Assembly (NCBI GenBank): GCA_964543115.1
Contig: CAZIXI010000003.1
Span: 1-39,208 of the forward strand
From: an uncultured bacterium
GTDB taxonomy: Bacteria > Auribacterota > CAZIXI01
Direction of reading: 5' to 3'
Length of the DNA stretch: 39,208 nucleotides
Shown: positions 1 through 9,028 of the stretch, piece by piece
How the letters are laid out: every line of letters starts with the position of its first letter
Position numbering within the stretch: the stretch's first letter is position 1
Program-made: the position numbers and the translations under genes
Notes under the pieces: model-generated
The model's database searches: none
The model's input: the letters and a program-made list of their open reading frames with translations, nothing else
What the model was told of the DNA's origin: nothing

Positions 1-1679
1 ATCCCATCCGCATAATCTGGGGGATGCGATTCCGGCACCCAGATAACGTAATAGGTAGGTTTATCCAGGCTTAAATCCCTGATATCAACAAAAACACTTG
101 AGACAAGATTAAAGGGATAATCAGAATACTGGCTTTTCTGTTTATAAAAATCCAGGTATACCTGCAGGGGCGCCATTCGATCATCAATCACAATTCTTGC
201 CTGTTCCAGATCAGGCTGGGCGAGTAGATACTGAGCTGCCTGTTCTGTACCATAACAATTCTCCCGGCAGGTATCGAAATGTTCCGGAGCCCGCCAAAAG
301 TACTGCCCCAATTGCCAGCCGGTTAGGCAGATGATTGCCGCGGAAATAACGATAACCAAATACCCGATCCGTTTAAAATTAGAAAGAGAATCCAGTACAC
401 CGGCAACCATAATTAAGGGAACCGGTAAAATGATCAAAAGATACCTCGCCTCAACAAAATCCACAAAAGCAAGGACCGTAAAAAAAGTGACTGCCAGCCA
501 GGATAAAAGCAGCTTATCGGCCAGGCGCCGCCGCCAAAGGGCCTGCACCACCCCAATTAATAAAAGCAGAAGAACCAGACCGTTAACCAGCAAAGGAGCC
601 GGCAGGGCCTCACCATAAAGAAAATAAATTTTCTGCTTGAAAAATAAACCTTTAAGTACCGGGAGAATATTATTAGTTAGATTTTGCAAAAGATTAAGAA
701 GATAAAAACCCTGCGCAAAAACATTTTTCTGATAAAAGCGGTAGAAAGTTGCCGCAAAGTTAAACTTTCCGGAAATGACCAGGGAAATAAAAGGATAAAC
801 AAAAACGGCAAATACCAATAATCCGCCGTAGAGCGTCTGCCGCTTGAGAAATGACAATTCCTTACTGGCCCAACAGAGAAAAACCAGGAACACGGCAATA
901 AAAATCACCGCCGTTTGATAGGTATAAAGCGCGCCCAGCCCTAAGAAAAAGCAGGAAAGAATAAAAAACCACTGATTCCGTTCGTTAATCGCCCGGTAAA
1001 CAAAATAAAAGATTAATATCCCGAAAAGCGGCACCAGGACCTTTTCTTCACCTGCGCGGCTGAAAATAACGTGCCAGGGCAGGAGCGCCAGCCAAAGAGA
1101 AGAAAAAACTGCCGCCCGTTCACTCAACAACCGGCGGACAAACAAATAATTAAGCCAGACCGTTACCACCCCCAGAATCACTGCCGGAACACGCACCAGA
1201 TACAACGGATTCCTGAAAAAGGCCTGGGCAAAATAAATTAAATCCGGATAAAACGGCCGCATCACCCCGCCGAACATAAGCGGCAAGTGCCCGTATTCGG
1301 CTATCTGACTCGGCGAGGCGTAAATCGCCGACCAAAACGTCCAGGAGGCTTCATCAAAATTCAGGGGCAGGAGACCCAGACCGAAAATTCGCATCGCGGC
1401 AGCGGCCAGCAAGACAACCGCTAAAATCTTCTGTGGAGGCAGAAGCTGTTTTCCGGCCTCAACAGGAACGGATTTTTGCTGCTTCCCCTTAAACACAACC
1501 ACAAGGAGGATCAGCAGACAACTCGGCCAGTAGATTAACTGCTGAAGCTTATTGGCAAAGACAAGAATAACATTACTCGCCGAAACAAACCGCAACCCAA
1601 GATCAATCAGTACCGAAATCAATAATAAGGTAAAAAGATAAATATTTAAAACACTAATTAAATCCCTTTTGGTTTTCAT
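1..1679 (-). CDS. GT-C fold membrane glycosyltransferase (ArnT/PMT, GT39/GT83-like), 3' end runs off the window
   Basis: Not in the ORF track; I translated it by hand from ATG at 1679 down to about 900: MKTKRDLISVLNIYLFTLLL...AMRIFGLGLLPLNFDEASW...LVRVPAVILGVVTVWLNYLFVRRLL...LALLPWHVIFSRAGEE...GLGALYTYQT. It has the DE acidic motif after a TM helix, the R-x-P and P-W-H-x-x-x-S-R motifs, and many TM helices. Confidence 0.8.
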   Translation of the reverse strand, partial: MKTKRDLISVLNIYLFTLLLISVLIDLGLRFVSASNVILVFANKLQQLIYWPSCLLILLVVVFKGKQQKSVPVEAGKQLLPPQKILAVVLLAAAAMRIFGLGLLPLNFDEASWTFWSAIYASPSQIAEYGHLPLMFGGVMRPFYPDLIYFAQAFFRNPLYLVRVPAVILGVVTVWLNYLFVRRLLSERAAVFSSLWLALLPWHVIFSRAGEEKVLVPLFGILIFYFVYRAINERNQWFFILSCFFLGLGALYTYQTAVIFIAVFLVFLCWASKELSFLKRQTLYGGLLVFAVFVYPFISLVISGKFNFAATFYRFYQKNVFAQGFYLLNLLQNLTNNILPVLKGLFFKQKIYFLYGEALPAPLLVNGLVLLLLLIGVVQALWRRRLADKLLLSWLAVTFFTVLAFVDFVEARYLLIILPVPLIMVAGVLDSLSNFKRIGYLVIVISAAIICLTGWQLGQYFWRAPEHFDTCRENCYGTEQAAQYLLAQPDLEQARIVIDDRMAPLQVYLDFYKQKSQYSDYPFNLVSSVFVDIRDLSLDKPTYYVIWVPESHPPDYADG

Positions 1680-1686
1680 TTTACTA

Positions 1687-2832
1687 TTATCCTCTACCGT
1701 AACTATAAACCTTAATCGCCGAATCATTGCCGGCCCGGCACTGTTTTTCACAAAGACCGCAGCCCCGGCAGAGATCATACTTTACCAATGGTGAGCCTAC
1801 CCCCTGGGCATTGGGCACTGCCTCAATTGCCAGATACGGACAGAATTCCTTACAGACCAGGCACAATCTATTATCCATCCAGGCAATACAGTTATCCCTG
1901 GTCACCTTAGCTATACCGATCTTAACATTTCTCTTTTCCGCCAGCGGTAACCGTTTAATGGCCTGGGTAGGACAGGTCTGGCCGCATTTATTGCAAAATT
2001 CATCACACTCACCGATCTTAGGCACCAATCGCGGCGTGAAAACTCCTTCCCAGCCGCTCTCCAGTAACGTCGGCTGCAGGCCAGCGGTAAGACATACAGC
2101 CAGACAGCTGCCGCAACGAATACAACGGGAAGTAAACTCGTCTTCCGGCAAGGCGCCGGGAGGGCGGATTAAGCGGGAAAAACGAGGTTTTTCCCGCCAG
2201 TTAAACCGGCGCCACAAAAATCCACTTACCAGCCCGCTGCCTAAAAGAATCAGACTCTTGCGTTTAGCCAGATCCAATTTTTGTTTTTTTCTTATTTTTC
2301 TTTTGAGTAAAGTCAGCCAATCAACCAACGCGCCCAACGGGCAAAGCCGCAGACACCAGAACCGTTTAAATAAAATATTAATTAAGACAATCCCCGCAAG
2401 TAAAGATACAAAAACCAGCGCATCAGTTAAATGATATTCCCAGGTAACCACGGCCCGGTTAAAAACCGCCAACGGATCAAAAAACGCCAGCAGATTTAAC
2501 CCCCAAAAAGAAAAGGTAAATAAAAATAAAAAAATATATAAATTAGTTTTCGCGTTGCGTAATCGGCGGCGGGAAGGAACCATCTCCTGCACAAGCCCCA
2601 GCGGGCATATCCGCCAGCAGAAAAACCGTCCCTTAATCACAATCAACACCAATAGAGGGACAGACATCCAGGCAAGAAAAAACAACCGGTGACCGAGGGA
2701 AGTCACCAAAAACGCCGGGCTGAGGTTATGCGCCAATTGCGCGAGGAAAGGATAATGGAATTGAAAGTAGAATATCCCCAGCCAGAGCAGAATGATACAG
2801 ATATTCAGGAAATATCTAGTAGCTTTTTTCAT
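1687..2832 (-). CDS. Membrane 4Fe-4S protein (NapH/MauN-like TM region fused to MauM/NapG-type polyferredoxin)
   Basis: GRFFCWRICPLG and RFWCLRLCPLG motifs in TM region; RPPGA...CIRCGSCLAVC; CDEFCNKCGQTCP; CLVCKEFCP; CRGCGLCEKQC. Confidence 0.85.
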   Translation of the reverse strand: MKKATRYFLNICIILLWLGIFYFQFHYPFLAQLAHNLSPAFLVTSLGHRLFFLAWMSVPLLVLIVIKGRFFCWRICPLGLVQEMVPSRRRLRNAKTNLYIFLFLFTFSFWGLNLLAFFDPLAVFNRAVVTWEYHLTDALVFVSLLAGIVLINILFKRFWCLRLCPLGALVDWLTLLKRKIRKKQKLDLAKRKSLILLGSGLVSGFLWRRFNWREKPRFSRLIRPPGALPEDEFTSRCIRCGSCLAVCLTAGLQPTLLESGWEGVFTPRLVPKIGECDEFCNKCGQTCPTQAIKRLPLAEKRNVKIGIAKVTRDNCIAWMDNRLCLVCKEFCPYLAIEAVPNAQGVGSPLVKYDLCRGCGLCEKQCRAGNDSAIKVYSYGRG

Positions 2833-2843
2833 TTTCGTTATTC

Positions 2844-2916
2844 AGCCGCGAACGTGAAACGTACGAATTAGCTGCTATAAATTACTAATTACAAAAATCC
2901 GAGTGAATTCGTGGCT
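2844..2916. repeat. AGCCAC-ended intergenic inverted-repeat element, copy A (degenerate)
   Basis: AGCCGCGAA (2844-2852) pairs 8/9 with TTCGTGGCT (2908-2916); internal ACGAATT unit; AT-rich centre. Confidence 0.6.
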
Positions 2917-2923
2917 AATAAAA

Positions 2924-3853
2924 TTATATCTTTTTCTCGATTACTTTTATTTTCTCCAAATCCGCCTGGCCGATACCCATCTCGCCGGCAATCCTAATAT
3001 ATTCTATCTTCTCCGGCTTAAGTCCAAATAAGGTTGTGCCAAAGGCATCAACCGCTACATGATCGTGACCGGCAACAATCTTATTCAGCACCTTGACCTC
3101 ACCCGGCCCCTTAGGGCCGTTGGTGAGCAAAATACGGGTACAATCCATCAGCACCAGGTCGGGCTTAACAAAGCTGCTGATATCGGCAATACACTGATTC
3201 AGGCCCTGCTGATGAAAGGCCCACCTATTTTTAACAACTCCCATATAATTCTTCATCGCCATGGTTAAGGTAGCGGCACTATGATCTTTGGCAATGGGCA
3301 TATTAATAAAACAATCCGCCGCCAAAATCTGCTTGGCCACATCCGCCTTTTTTAGTTTTCGCGCCTTGGCAATTCTGACCGGACTAAAATTATCTCCTTC
3401 GCTAAGCGCGATCATCTTACCGCCGGCCTTTTTCACCGCCTCTTCCACGCCGCTGATCCGGAAGGCACTCTTGTAATTGTCACAGGCATGGTCGATCACA
3501 TCCACCTTCGCCGCCCCGGCCTCCCGGCAAAGTTTAATCATTTCCGCTACTAATACCGGATGGGTATTACCCGCCTCTTCCGGGGTACGGGACCAGGAAG
3601 CATTAGGCTTAATTACAACATAACTGCCCTTTTTAACATATTTATTAATACCGCCTAAGGCCTCCACCGCTTGCTGCAGCAGCCTGGCATAATCAGTTCC
3701 TTCTAGAACATAGAGCTCAGACTGCGCCGATTCCGCAACTAATTTATCAGTCTTGCCAAAGATCCTTTTGGGCCCGGCCAGAGAACCCACTGCCGCTAAC
3801 GCCACGCCGGCCGCCAGCTGTTTCAGGAATTCCCGCCGCGTGTAGGCTTTCAT
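2924..3853 (-). CDS. DUF362 domain protein with twin-arginine (Tat) signal
   Basis: MKAYTRREFLK Tat motif; VVIKPN, NTHP, INMPIAKDH and TMAMKNYMG DUF362 motifs. Start moved from 3910 to ATG 3853 because GGAGG lies upstream and the longer extension runs through a repeat. Confidence 0.85.
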   Translation of the reverse strand: MKAYTRREFLKQLAAGVALAAVGSLAGPKRIFGKTDKLVAESAQSELYVLEGTDYARLLQQAVEALGGINKYVKKGSYVVIKPNASWSRTPEEAGNTHPVLVAEMIKLCREAGAAKVDVIDHACDNYKSAFRISGVEEAVKKAGGKMIALSEGDNFSPVRIAKARKLKKADVAKQILAADCFINMPIAKDHSAATLTMAMKNYMGVVKNRWAFHQQGLNQCIADISSFVKPDLVLMDCTRILLTNGPKGPGEVKVLNKIVAGHDHVAVDAFGTTLFGLKPEKIEYIRIAGEMGIGQADLEKIKVIEKKI

Positions 3854-3875
3854 AATAGCCTCCAGTTTTAATTTT

Positions 3876-3913
3876 AACGCAGAGACCGCAGACGAGCTTT
3901 GCTCGCGCAAAGA
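3876..3913. repeat. Nonamer array (AACGCAGAG/ACCGCAGA/CGCAAAGA) interrupted by a 13-bp mini-hairpin
   Basis: AACGCAGAG ACCGCAGA [CGAGC-TTT-GCTCG, 3893-3905] CGCAAAGA read directly. Confidence 0.55.
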
Positions 3914-3944
3914 TTTCTACGTTTATTCATTAATTAAACAGGAC

Positions 3945-4337
3945 CTATTTAATCTTCACACATTTTCCGGCTGCGGTTGCCACCAGACTGCCATCTGCCT
4001 TTTTGGCCTCCGCTTCCGTAAAAATCAATCTCCCCTGCTCTTTAACAATCCGGCTGGTAAACCTAATCTCTTCACCAATATAAACCGGTTTCTTTAGCCG
4101 GACAGAGAATTCCGCCGTAACCGCCTTCTTGCCCAAAAGCCAGGGCAGATTAACCAGCATTTCATCCAGTACTATACCAATTATCCCGCCATGAACAATA
4201 TCGGCATAACCCTGGTGTTTCTTTTCCGGCACAAAACTTGTATGCAGGATCTGTCCTGCTAAACGGAAATCCAGCTGCAGCCCAATCGGATTCTTCTTCC
4301 CGCAGACAAAACACATCCCGTCATCACGCAATTCCAT
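3945..4337 (-). CDS. PaaI-family (hotdog) thioesterase
   Basis: CFVCGxxNPxGL N-terminus; HQGY..IVHGGII..VLDE signature. Confidence 0.9.
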   Translation of the reverse strand: MELRDDGMCFVCGKKNPIGLQLDFRLAGQILHTSFVPEKKHQGYADIVHGGIIGIVLDEMLVNLPWLLGKKAVTAEFSVRLKKPVYIGEEIRFTSRIVKEQGRLIFTEAEAKKADGSLVATAAGKCVKIK

Positions 4338-4440
4338 AAAAACCCCGCTATTTTGTGGATTTATTGCTCTATTGCAACCGGCAATATTGTAGCAAATTTA
4401 TGTCGCTTTTAGAATGTGTTTTTGCTAATATTATATCAGT

Positions 4441-5439
4441 ATGAATATCAAACTAAGATTATTAATCATCATTTCAATGCTCTCCTTTGTTTTCCTGTTT
4501 GGCGCGATCGGTTTCACCATCATCGAAGGCTGGGGCTTCCTGGAATCATCCTACATGACCGTAATCACCCTTTCCAGCGTTGGTTTCCAGGAAGTAAATC
4601 CCCTGACAGTGCCGGGCAGAGTTTTTACGATTATTCTGATCATTATGGGTATGAGTATTGTTTTTTACGGATTTACAACACTCACCGCCACTATTGTCGA
4701 AGGTATGGTTAAAGAAATCCTGAGGAGGCGTAAAATGGAACGCACTATTTCTAATTTAAAAAATCACGTCATTATCTGCGGCGGGCTGAAAACAACCCGC
4801 TCCATCATTGAAGAGCTTTCAAAGACAAAGACGCCTTTTGTCATTATTAATCACCAGGTAGTGCCTTGGCTGGAACAGGCCGGCTGTAAAAACGCCCTCT
4901 ATATTGAAGGCAACCCCAGCGAAGAAACAACCCTGCAAAAGGCCGGAATTAAAAACGCCCGCGGGCTGATCACCGCCATGGACAACGATACCCAGAATAT
5001 TTTTATCGTCCTCACCGCGCGGGAAATGAATCCTGACCTGCGCATTATTGCCCGCGTCTCCGAAATGCTAGCCGAACACAAATTCATCCGCGCTGGCGCC
5101 AATGCCGTGGTCTGCCCCAACTTTATCGGCGGCCTGCGCCTGGCCTCGGAGATTATCCGGCCGACCATCGTGGATTTCCTCGATGTAATGATGCGCGGCA
5201 AAGAGATGGTACTGCGCATTGAACAAATAAATGTCTCCCAGCACTCCCGATTCGCCAACCGCACCCTTCGTGAATCCAATATCGCCCATGACACCGGCGT
5301 TATTATCGTTGCCAAGAAAGAAGCGGCAACCGGACAATACCACTACAGCCCCGGAGCGGAAACCATAATCAACCCCGGAGATGTACTTATTGCCCTGGGG
5401 GAAATCGGCCAAATCGAAAATTTACGCAAATTAACTTAG
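4441..5439 (+). CDS. Potassium channel protein with TrkA-N/TrkA-C (RCK) domains
   Basis: Two TM helices around YMTVITLSSVGFQE pore/filter region; HVIICG Rossmann RCK domain; TrkA-C tail. Confidence 0.9.
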   Translation: MNIKLRLLIIISMLSFVFLFGAIGFTIIEGWGFLESSYMTVITLSSVGFQEVNPLTVPGRVFTIILIIMGMSIVFYGFTTLTATIVEGMVKEILRRRKMERTISNLKNHVIICGGLKTTRSIIEELSKTKTPFVIINHQVVPWLEQAGCKNALYIEGNPSEETTLQKAGIKNARGLITAMDNDTQNIFIVLTAREMNPDLRIIARVSEMLAEHKFIRAGANAVVCPNFIGGLRLASEIIRPTIVDFLDVMMRGKEMVLRIEQINVSQHSRFANRTLRESNIAHDTGVIIVAKKEAATGQYHYSPGAETIINPGDVLIALGEIGQIENLRKLT

Positions 5440-5473
5440 GTCTCGGATTAACCGATACAGTTTCGCTACAACT

Positions 5474-6985
5474 ATGCATAAAATTTTAATTATTTTATTT
5501 TTCCTTCTCTCTCTTTCCGCTTTCGCCTTTGCCGGCAGCAGTACCAACTATACTATCTTAAACGATATGTTCACCGCCGGCAGCGCTCAAGGCCTTAACT
5601 CCGCTAATTACCTGGCAAATGACATTGTGGGAAACAGCACCGGACCCGGTGATTTTAGTTCCACTAACTACAGCGCAGAGGGCGGCACCCATGATTATAA
5701 CGACTCCACCGTCTGGTACCTGGCCGAGGGCTGTACACGCGGCTTTGACACCTATGTGCTCATTCAAAACCCCAACAGCACTACAGCAGAAATTCAGGCT
5801 ACTTTTATGGATGCCGACGGGAATACCGCGATAGTAACTCAAACTATTAACGCGACAGAAAGATATACGATCCATGTAAATAATGTCAGCGGCTTTGAAA
5901 ACTGTGATGTCTCCACCACAATTATTTCCACGAATCAAGTCCCGGTAAGGGTCGAACGGGCCATGTACTGGGACAGCGGCAGCCTTTCCTGGGCCGGCGG
6001 ACACGACAGTATTGGCGTTACCGCTCCCTCCACCACCTGGTATCTTGCCGAAGGCAATACCAATATTTTCGATGAATACGTACTGTTCCAGAACCCGAAT
6101 ACCGCTACCGCCTCGGTAACCGCTACTTTTATGGATGCTGACGGCAATACCCAGCAAGTTTCCTTTACCCTAGCCGGGCAAAGGCGATACACAATCCATG
6201 TAAATAATGTGGAAAATATGAATAACCGTGACGTCTCCACAAGTGTCTCCTCCGATGTTCCCATTAACGTGGAACGGGCCATGTACTGGAACAGCGGTGA
6301 TTACAGCTGGTGCGGCGGCCATGACAGTATCGGGGTAACCGCTCCAGCCACCAGCTGGTACTTGGCCGAAGGAAATACCGCCAGATTTGATGAGTATGTA
6401 CTATTCCTTAATCCCAACACCGCTAGCGCGTCCATTACCGCCACTTTTATGGATGCTGACGGCAACACCCAGCAGGTTGGCTTTACCCTGGCCGGACAAC
6501 GAAGATATACAGTTCATGTAAACAATGTAGACAACATGAGTAATCGCGATGTTTCCACAAGCGTGGCCTCAGATATCCCGATTATCGTTGAGCGTTCTAT
6601 GTACCTAAACAGCGGTAACCTTACCTGGGCCGGCGGCCATGCCACTGTGGGCATTCCCCTACCGGCAACTACCTGGTATCTGGCGGAAGGTAACACCAAT
6701 ATTTTCGATGAATATGTATTATTCCAGAACCCGAATACCGCGACCGCCTCTATTACCGCTACCTTTATGGATGCTGACGGCAATACCCAGCAGGTTTCCT
6801 TTACCCTGGAAGGGCAGCGGCGATACACTATCCATGTAAATAATGTTGAAAACATGAATAATCGTGATGTCTCAACAACAGTATCTTCCGATGTGGCCAT
6901 TAATGTGGAACGGGCCATGTACTGGAACAGCGGCGACTACACCTGGATTGGCGCACATAGCAGCCGCGGGATAAGCCAGGAATAG
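5474..6985 (+). CDS. Secreted protein with four WYLAEG...VERAMY repeats (DUF5719-like)
   Basis: Signal peptide (..SAFAFA); short N-terminal S-x-N-Y region; four 106-108 aa repeats with Trp codons at 5714, 6038, 6356 and 6674. Confidence 0.8.
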   Translation: MHKILIILFFLLSLSAFAFAGSSTNYTILNDMFTAGSAQGLNSANYLANDIVGNSTGPGDFSSTNYSAEGGTHDYNDSTVWYLAEGCTRGFDTYVLIQNPNSTTAEIQATFMDADGNTAIVTQTINATERYTIHVNNVSGFENCDVSTTIISTNQVPVRVERAMYWDSGSLSWAGGHDSIGVTAPSTTWYLAEGNTNIFDEYVLFQNPNTATASVTATFMDADGNTQQVSFTLAGQRRYTIHVNNVENMNNRDVSTSVSSDVPINVERAMYWNSGDYSWCGGHDSIGVTAPATSWYLAEGNTARFDEYVLFLNPNTASASITATFMDADGNTQQVGFTLAGQRRYTVHVNNVDNMSNRDVSTSVASDIPIIVERSMYLNSGNLTWAGGHATVGIPLPATTWYLAEGNTNIFDEYVLFQNPNTATASITATFMDADGNTQQVSFTLEGQRRYTIHVNNVENMNNRDVSTTVSSDVAINVERAMYWNSGDYTWIGAHSSRGISQE

Positions 6986-7051
6986 CCATTGGAAATAAAA
7001 CCAAAAATAATTTTATTACCATTTAAATCGTCATTAAAAAGGAGTATTACT

Positions 7052-8968
7052 ATGAGATCAGTAAAAAAATTAAAACTGTTACCACTCATCTTCATTACCA
7101 TTCTCCTACTATTTATCTGCCTCTCGTCTTTTGCCGATATCCCGCAACTAATTGATTATCACGGCTTTGTTAAAAGCGATAACATCCCCTTTAACGGCAC
7201 CGGTTCCTTTAAATTCGCTATTGTGGACAGCGCCGGCACAACCACCTACTGGTCAAACGACGGCACCTCCACCAGCGGCAGTGAACCCACAAACGCCGTT
7301 CCGGCGACCGTCACTAACGGGGTTTTTAACGTGCGCCTTGGTGATACGGAACTCTCTAACATGAGCGCTATTACCACCACCATTTTTACCAGCCGCAGTT
7401 CCGCCTATCTGCGCATCTGGTTTGATGACGGCACCAATGGCTCACAATTACTCTCTTCCGACAAACAAATCGTTGCCGTGCCTTATGCCTACAAGGCCTA
7501 TAGCGCCGATTATATCGGTAATCTCAGCGCCCCTACCGGTGACCTGGTGGGAACAACCGATACCCAGATCCTCACCAACAAAACCCTGACCAGTGCCACA
7601 CTGACCACACCGACTACCGGTGGCAGCTGGACCTTAAACAGTGACCTGAATATAGACAGTAACACCTTGTTTATCGATAGAGACACTAACCGTATCGGCA
7701 TCGGCACCGCCAGTCCTGCTGATGCCCTAGATGTTAACGGCGATCTAAACATGAGCGGCGGTGATATCAAAACCGATAGATGGCAAAGCAGCGATACTAA
7801 TACCTTTATCGGTGTTGGTGCTGCCGGAGCGGGTAACCTAACCTCTGCCGGACTCAACAACACCTTCCTTGGATATTACGCGGGCAGAGTGGTAACCTCT
7901 GCCGATTCCTGTGTGGGTGTCGGTTATCAAGCCCTGGATTCCCTGATCAGCGGCAGCAACAACACCGCCATCGGTTATAACACCCTGCAGGCAGTCCAGA
8001 CAGAAGATGATTGCACCGCCGTCGGCTACAACGCCCTCCGCCTTAATACCACCGGCACCGCCGTAACCGCTGTGGGCAGCGGCGCCCTGGAGGAAAATAC
8101 TACTGGGAACTTCAATACCGCCCTGGGATACGCGGCCTTGGGCGGCAATCAAGAAAACAGTAATAATACCGCCGTGGGCTACAATAGCCTGGGCACTAAT
8201 TCCTCCGGCATCCAAAATACCGCGATGGGCAGCGGTACCCTGGACAACAACGATAGCGGAGACAACAATAGCGCATTTGGTTATAATGCCCTGGGCGCTA
8301 ACGATAGCACCAGCCGCAATACGGCAGTGGGTTCCGGGGCCCTGGCAAATCTTGCGGCTTCTGGTAATTGGAATACAGCAGTTGGCTATAACGCCCTCAC
8401 TACTACCACCAATGGAGTTTATAATGTCGGAGTCGGCTATGAAGCACTTGATGCTCTAACCACTGGCTGCAACTACAACACAGCCTTAGGCTATCGGGCC
8501 GGTGATAACATTACTACCGGAGACAATAATATTATTATTGGGGCCGAAATAGATGCTCCCGCAGCAGATAGTACTTATCAATTAAATATCGGCAATACCT
8601 TATACGGCGAACTGGATGGAGCAACTACCGCTGATAATATTGGCATAAATACATCAACATTTCAAGCAGCTGCTGTCGGTGTATTAGCAATCGCAAACGG
8701 AACGGCCCCCGGGGCAGGAACAGACAACCAAAGTTATTTTTATGCCAAAGATGACGCAGCAAGTTCTGAGATGTATGTTATGGATCAAGGGGGTAATGAA
8801 ACAAAAATTTCTCCCCATGACCCGGAGACCGGCAAATGGATATTCTACTCGAAAAATACCGAGACCGGCCGGGTTTTGAGAATAGAAATGGAGGAATTAA
8901 TATCCGATCTGGCCGAAGAAATGTCCCCAAAAACAGGGAAAAATTATGTTTCCAGATATATTGAATAA
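7052..8968 (+). CDS. Secreted phage-tail-fibre/adhesin-like protein, paralog 1
   Basis: ATG 7052 preceded by AGGAG; signal peptide; IPQLIDYHG...VPYAYKA N-domain; LVGTTDTQILTNKTL; IGIGTxxP..LDVNG; 15 NTA(V/I)G-type ~14-aa repeats. Confidence 0.7.
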   Translation: MRSVKKLKLLPLIFITILLLFICLSSFADIPQLIDYHGFVKSDNIPFNGTGSFKFAIVDSAGTTTYWSNDGTSTSGSEPTNAVPATVTNGVFNVRLGDTELSNMSAITTTIFTSRSSAYLRIWFDDGTNGSQLLSSDKQIVAVPYAYKAYSADYIGNLSAPTGDLVGTTDTQILTNKTLTSATLTTPTTGGSWTLNSDLNIDSNTLFIDRDTNRIGIGTASPADALDVNGDLNMSGGDIKTDRWQSSDTNTFIGVGAAGAGNLTSAGLNNTFLGYYAGRVVTSADSCVGVGYQALDSLISGSNNTAIGYNTLQAVQTEDDCTAVGYNALRLNTTGTAVTAVGSGALEENTTGNFNTALGYAALGGNQENSNNTAVGYNSLGTNSSGIQNTAMGSGTLDNNDSGDNNSAFGYNALGANDSTSRNTAVGSGALANLAASGNWNTAVGYNALTTTTNGVYNVGVGYEALDALTTGCNYNTALGYRAGDNITTGDNNIIIGAEIDAPAADSTYQLNIGNTLYGELDGATTADNIGINTSTFQAAAVGVLAIANGTAPGAGTDNQSYFYAKDDAASSEMYVMDQGGNETKISPHDPETGKWIFYSKNTETGRVLRIEMEELISDLAEEMSPKTGKNYVSRYIE

Positions 8969-9028
8969 TAAAAATAATAAATTATTTAATTTAAAATTTA
9001 TATATATAAAATATAAAGCAGGTTTGTT

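Noticed and set aside
1431-1465. Imperfect hairpin CTGTGGAGGC...GCCTCAACAG in a linker of the GT-C gene
   Set aside because: Mismatch and long loop, with no match to the unit families; cannot be separated from chance.
1727-2434. 235-aa plus-strand ORF, and similar antisense ORFs such as 11156-11782 and 5558-6157
   Set aside because: Antisense to clearly identified genes; no motifs or ribosome-binding sites noticed.
8969-9028. Very AT-rich spacer with a TTTATATATATAAA palindrome between the fibre paralogs
   Set aside because: Low complexity; palindromy is expected by chance.
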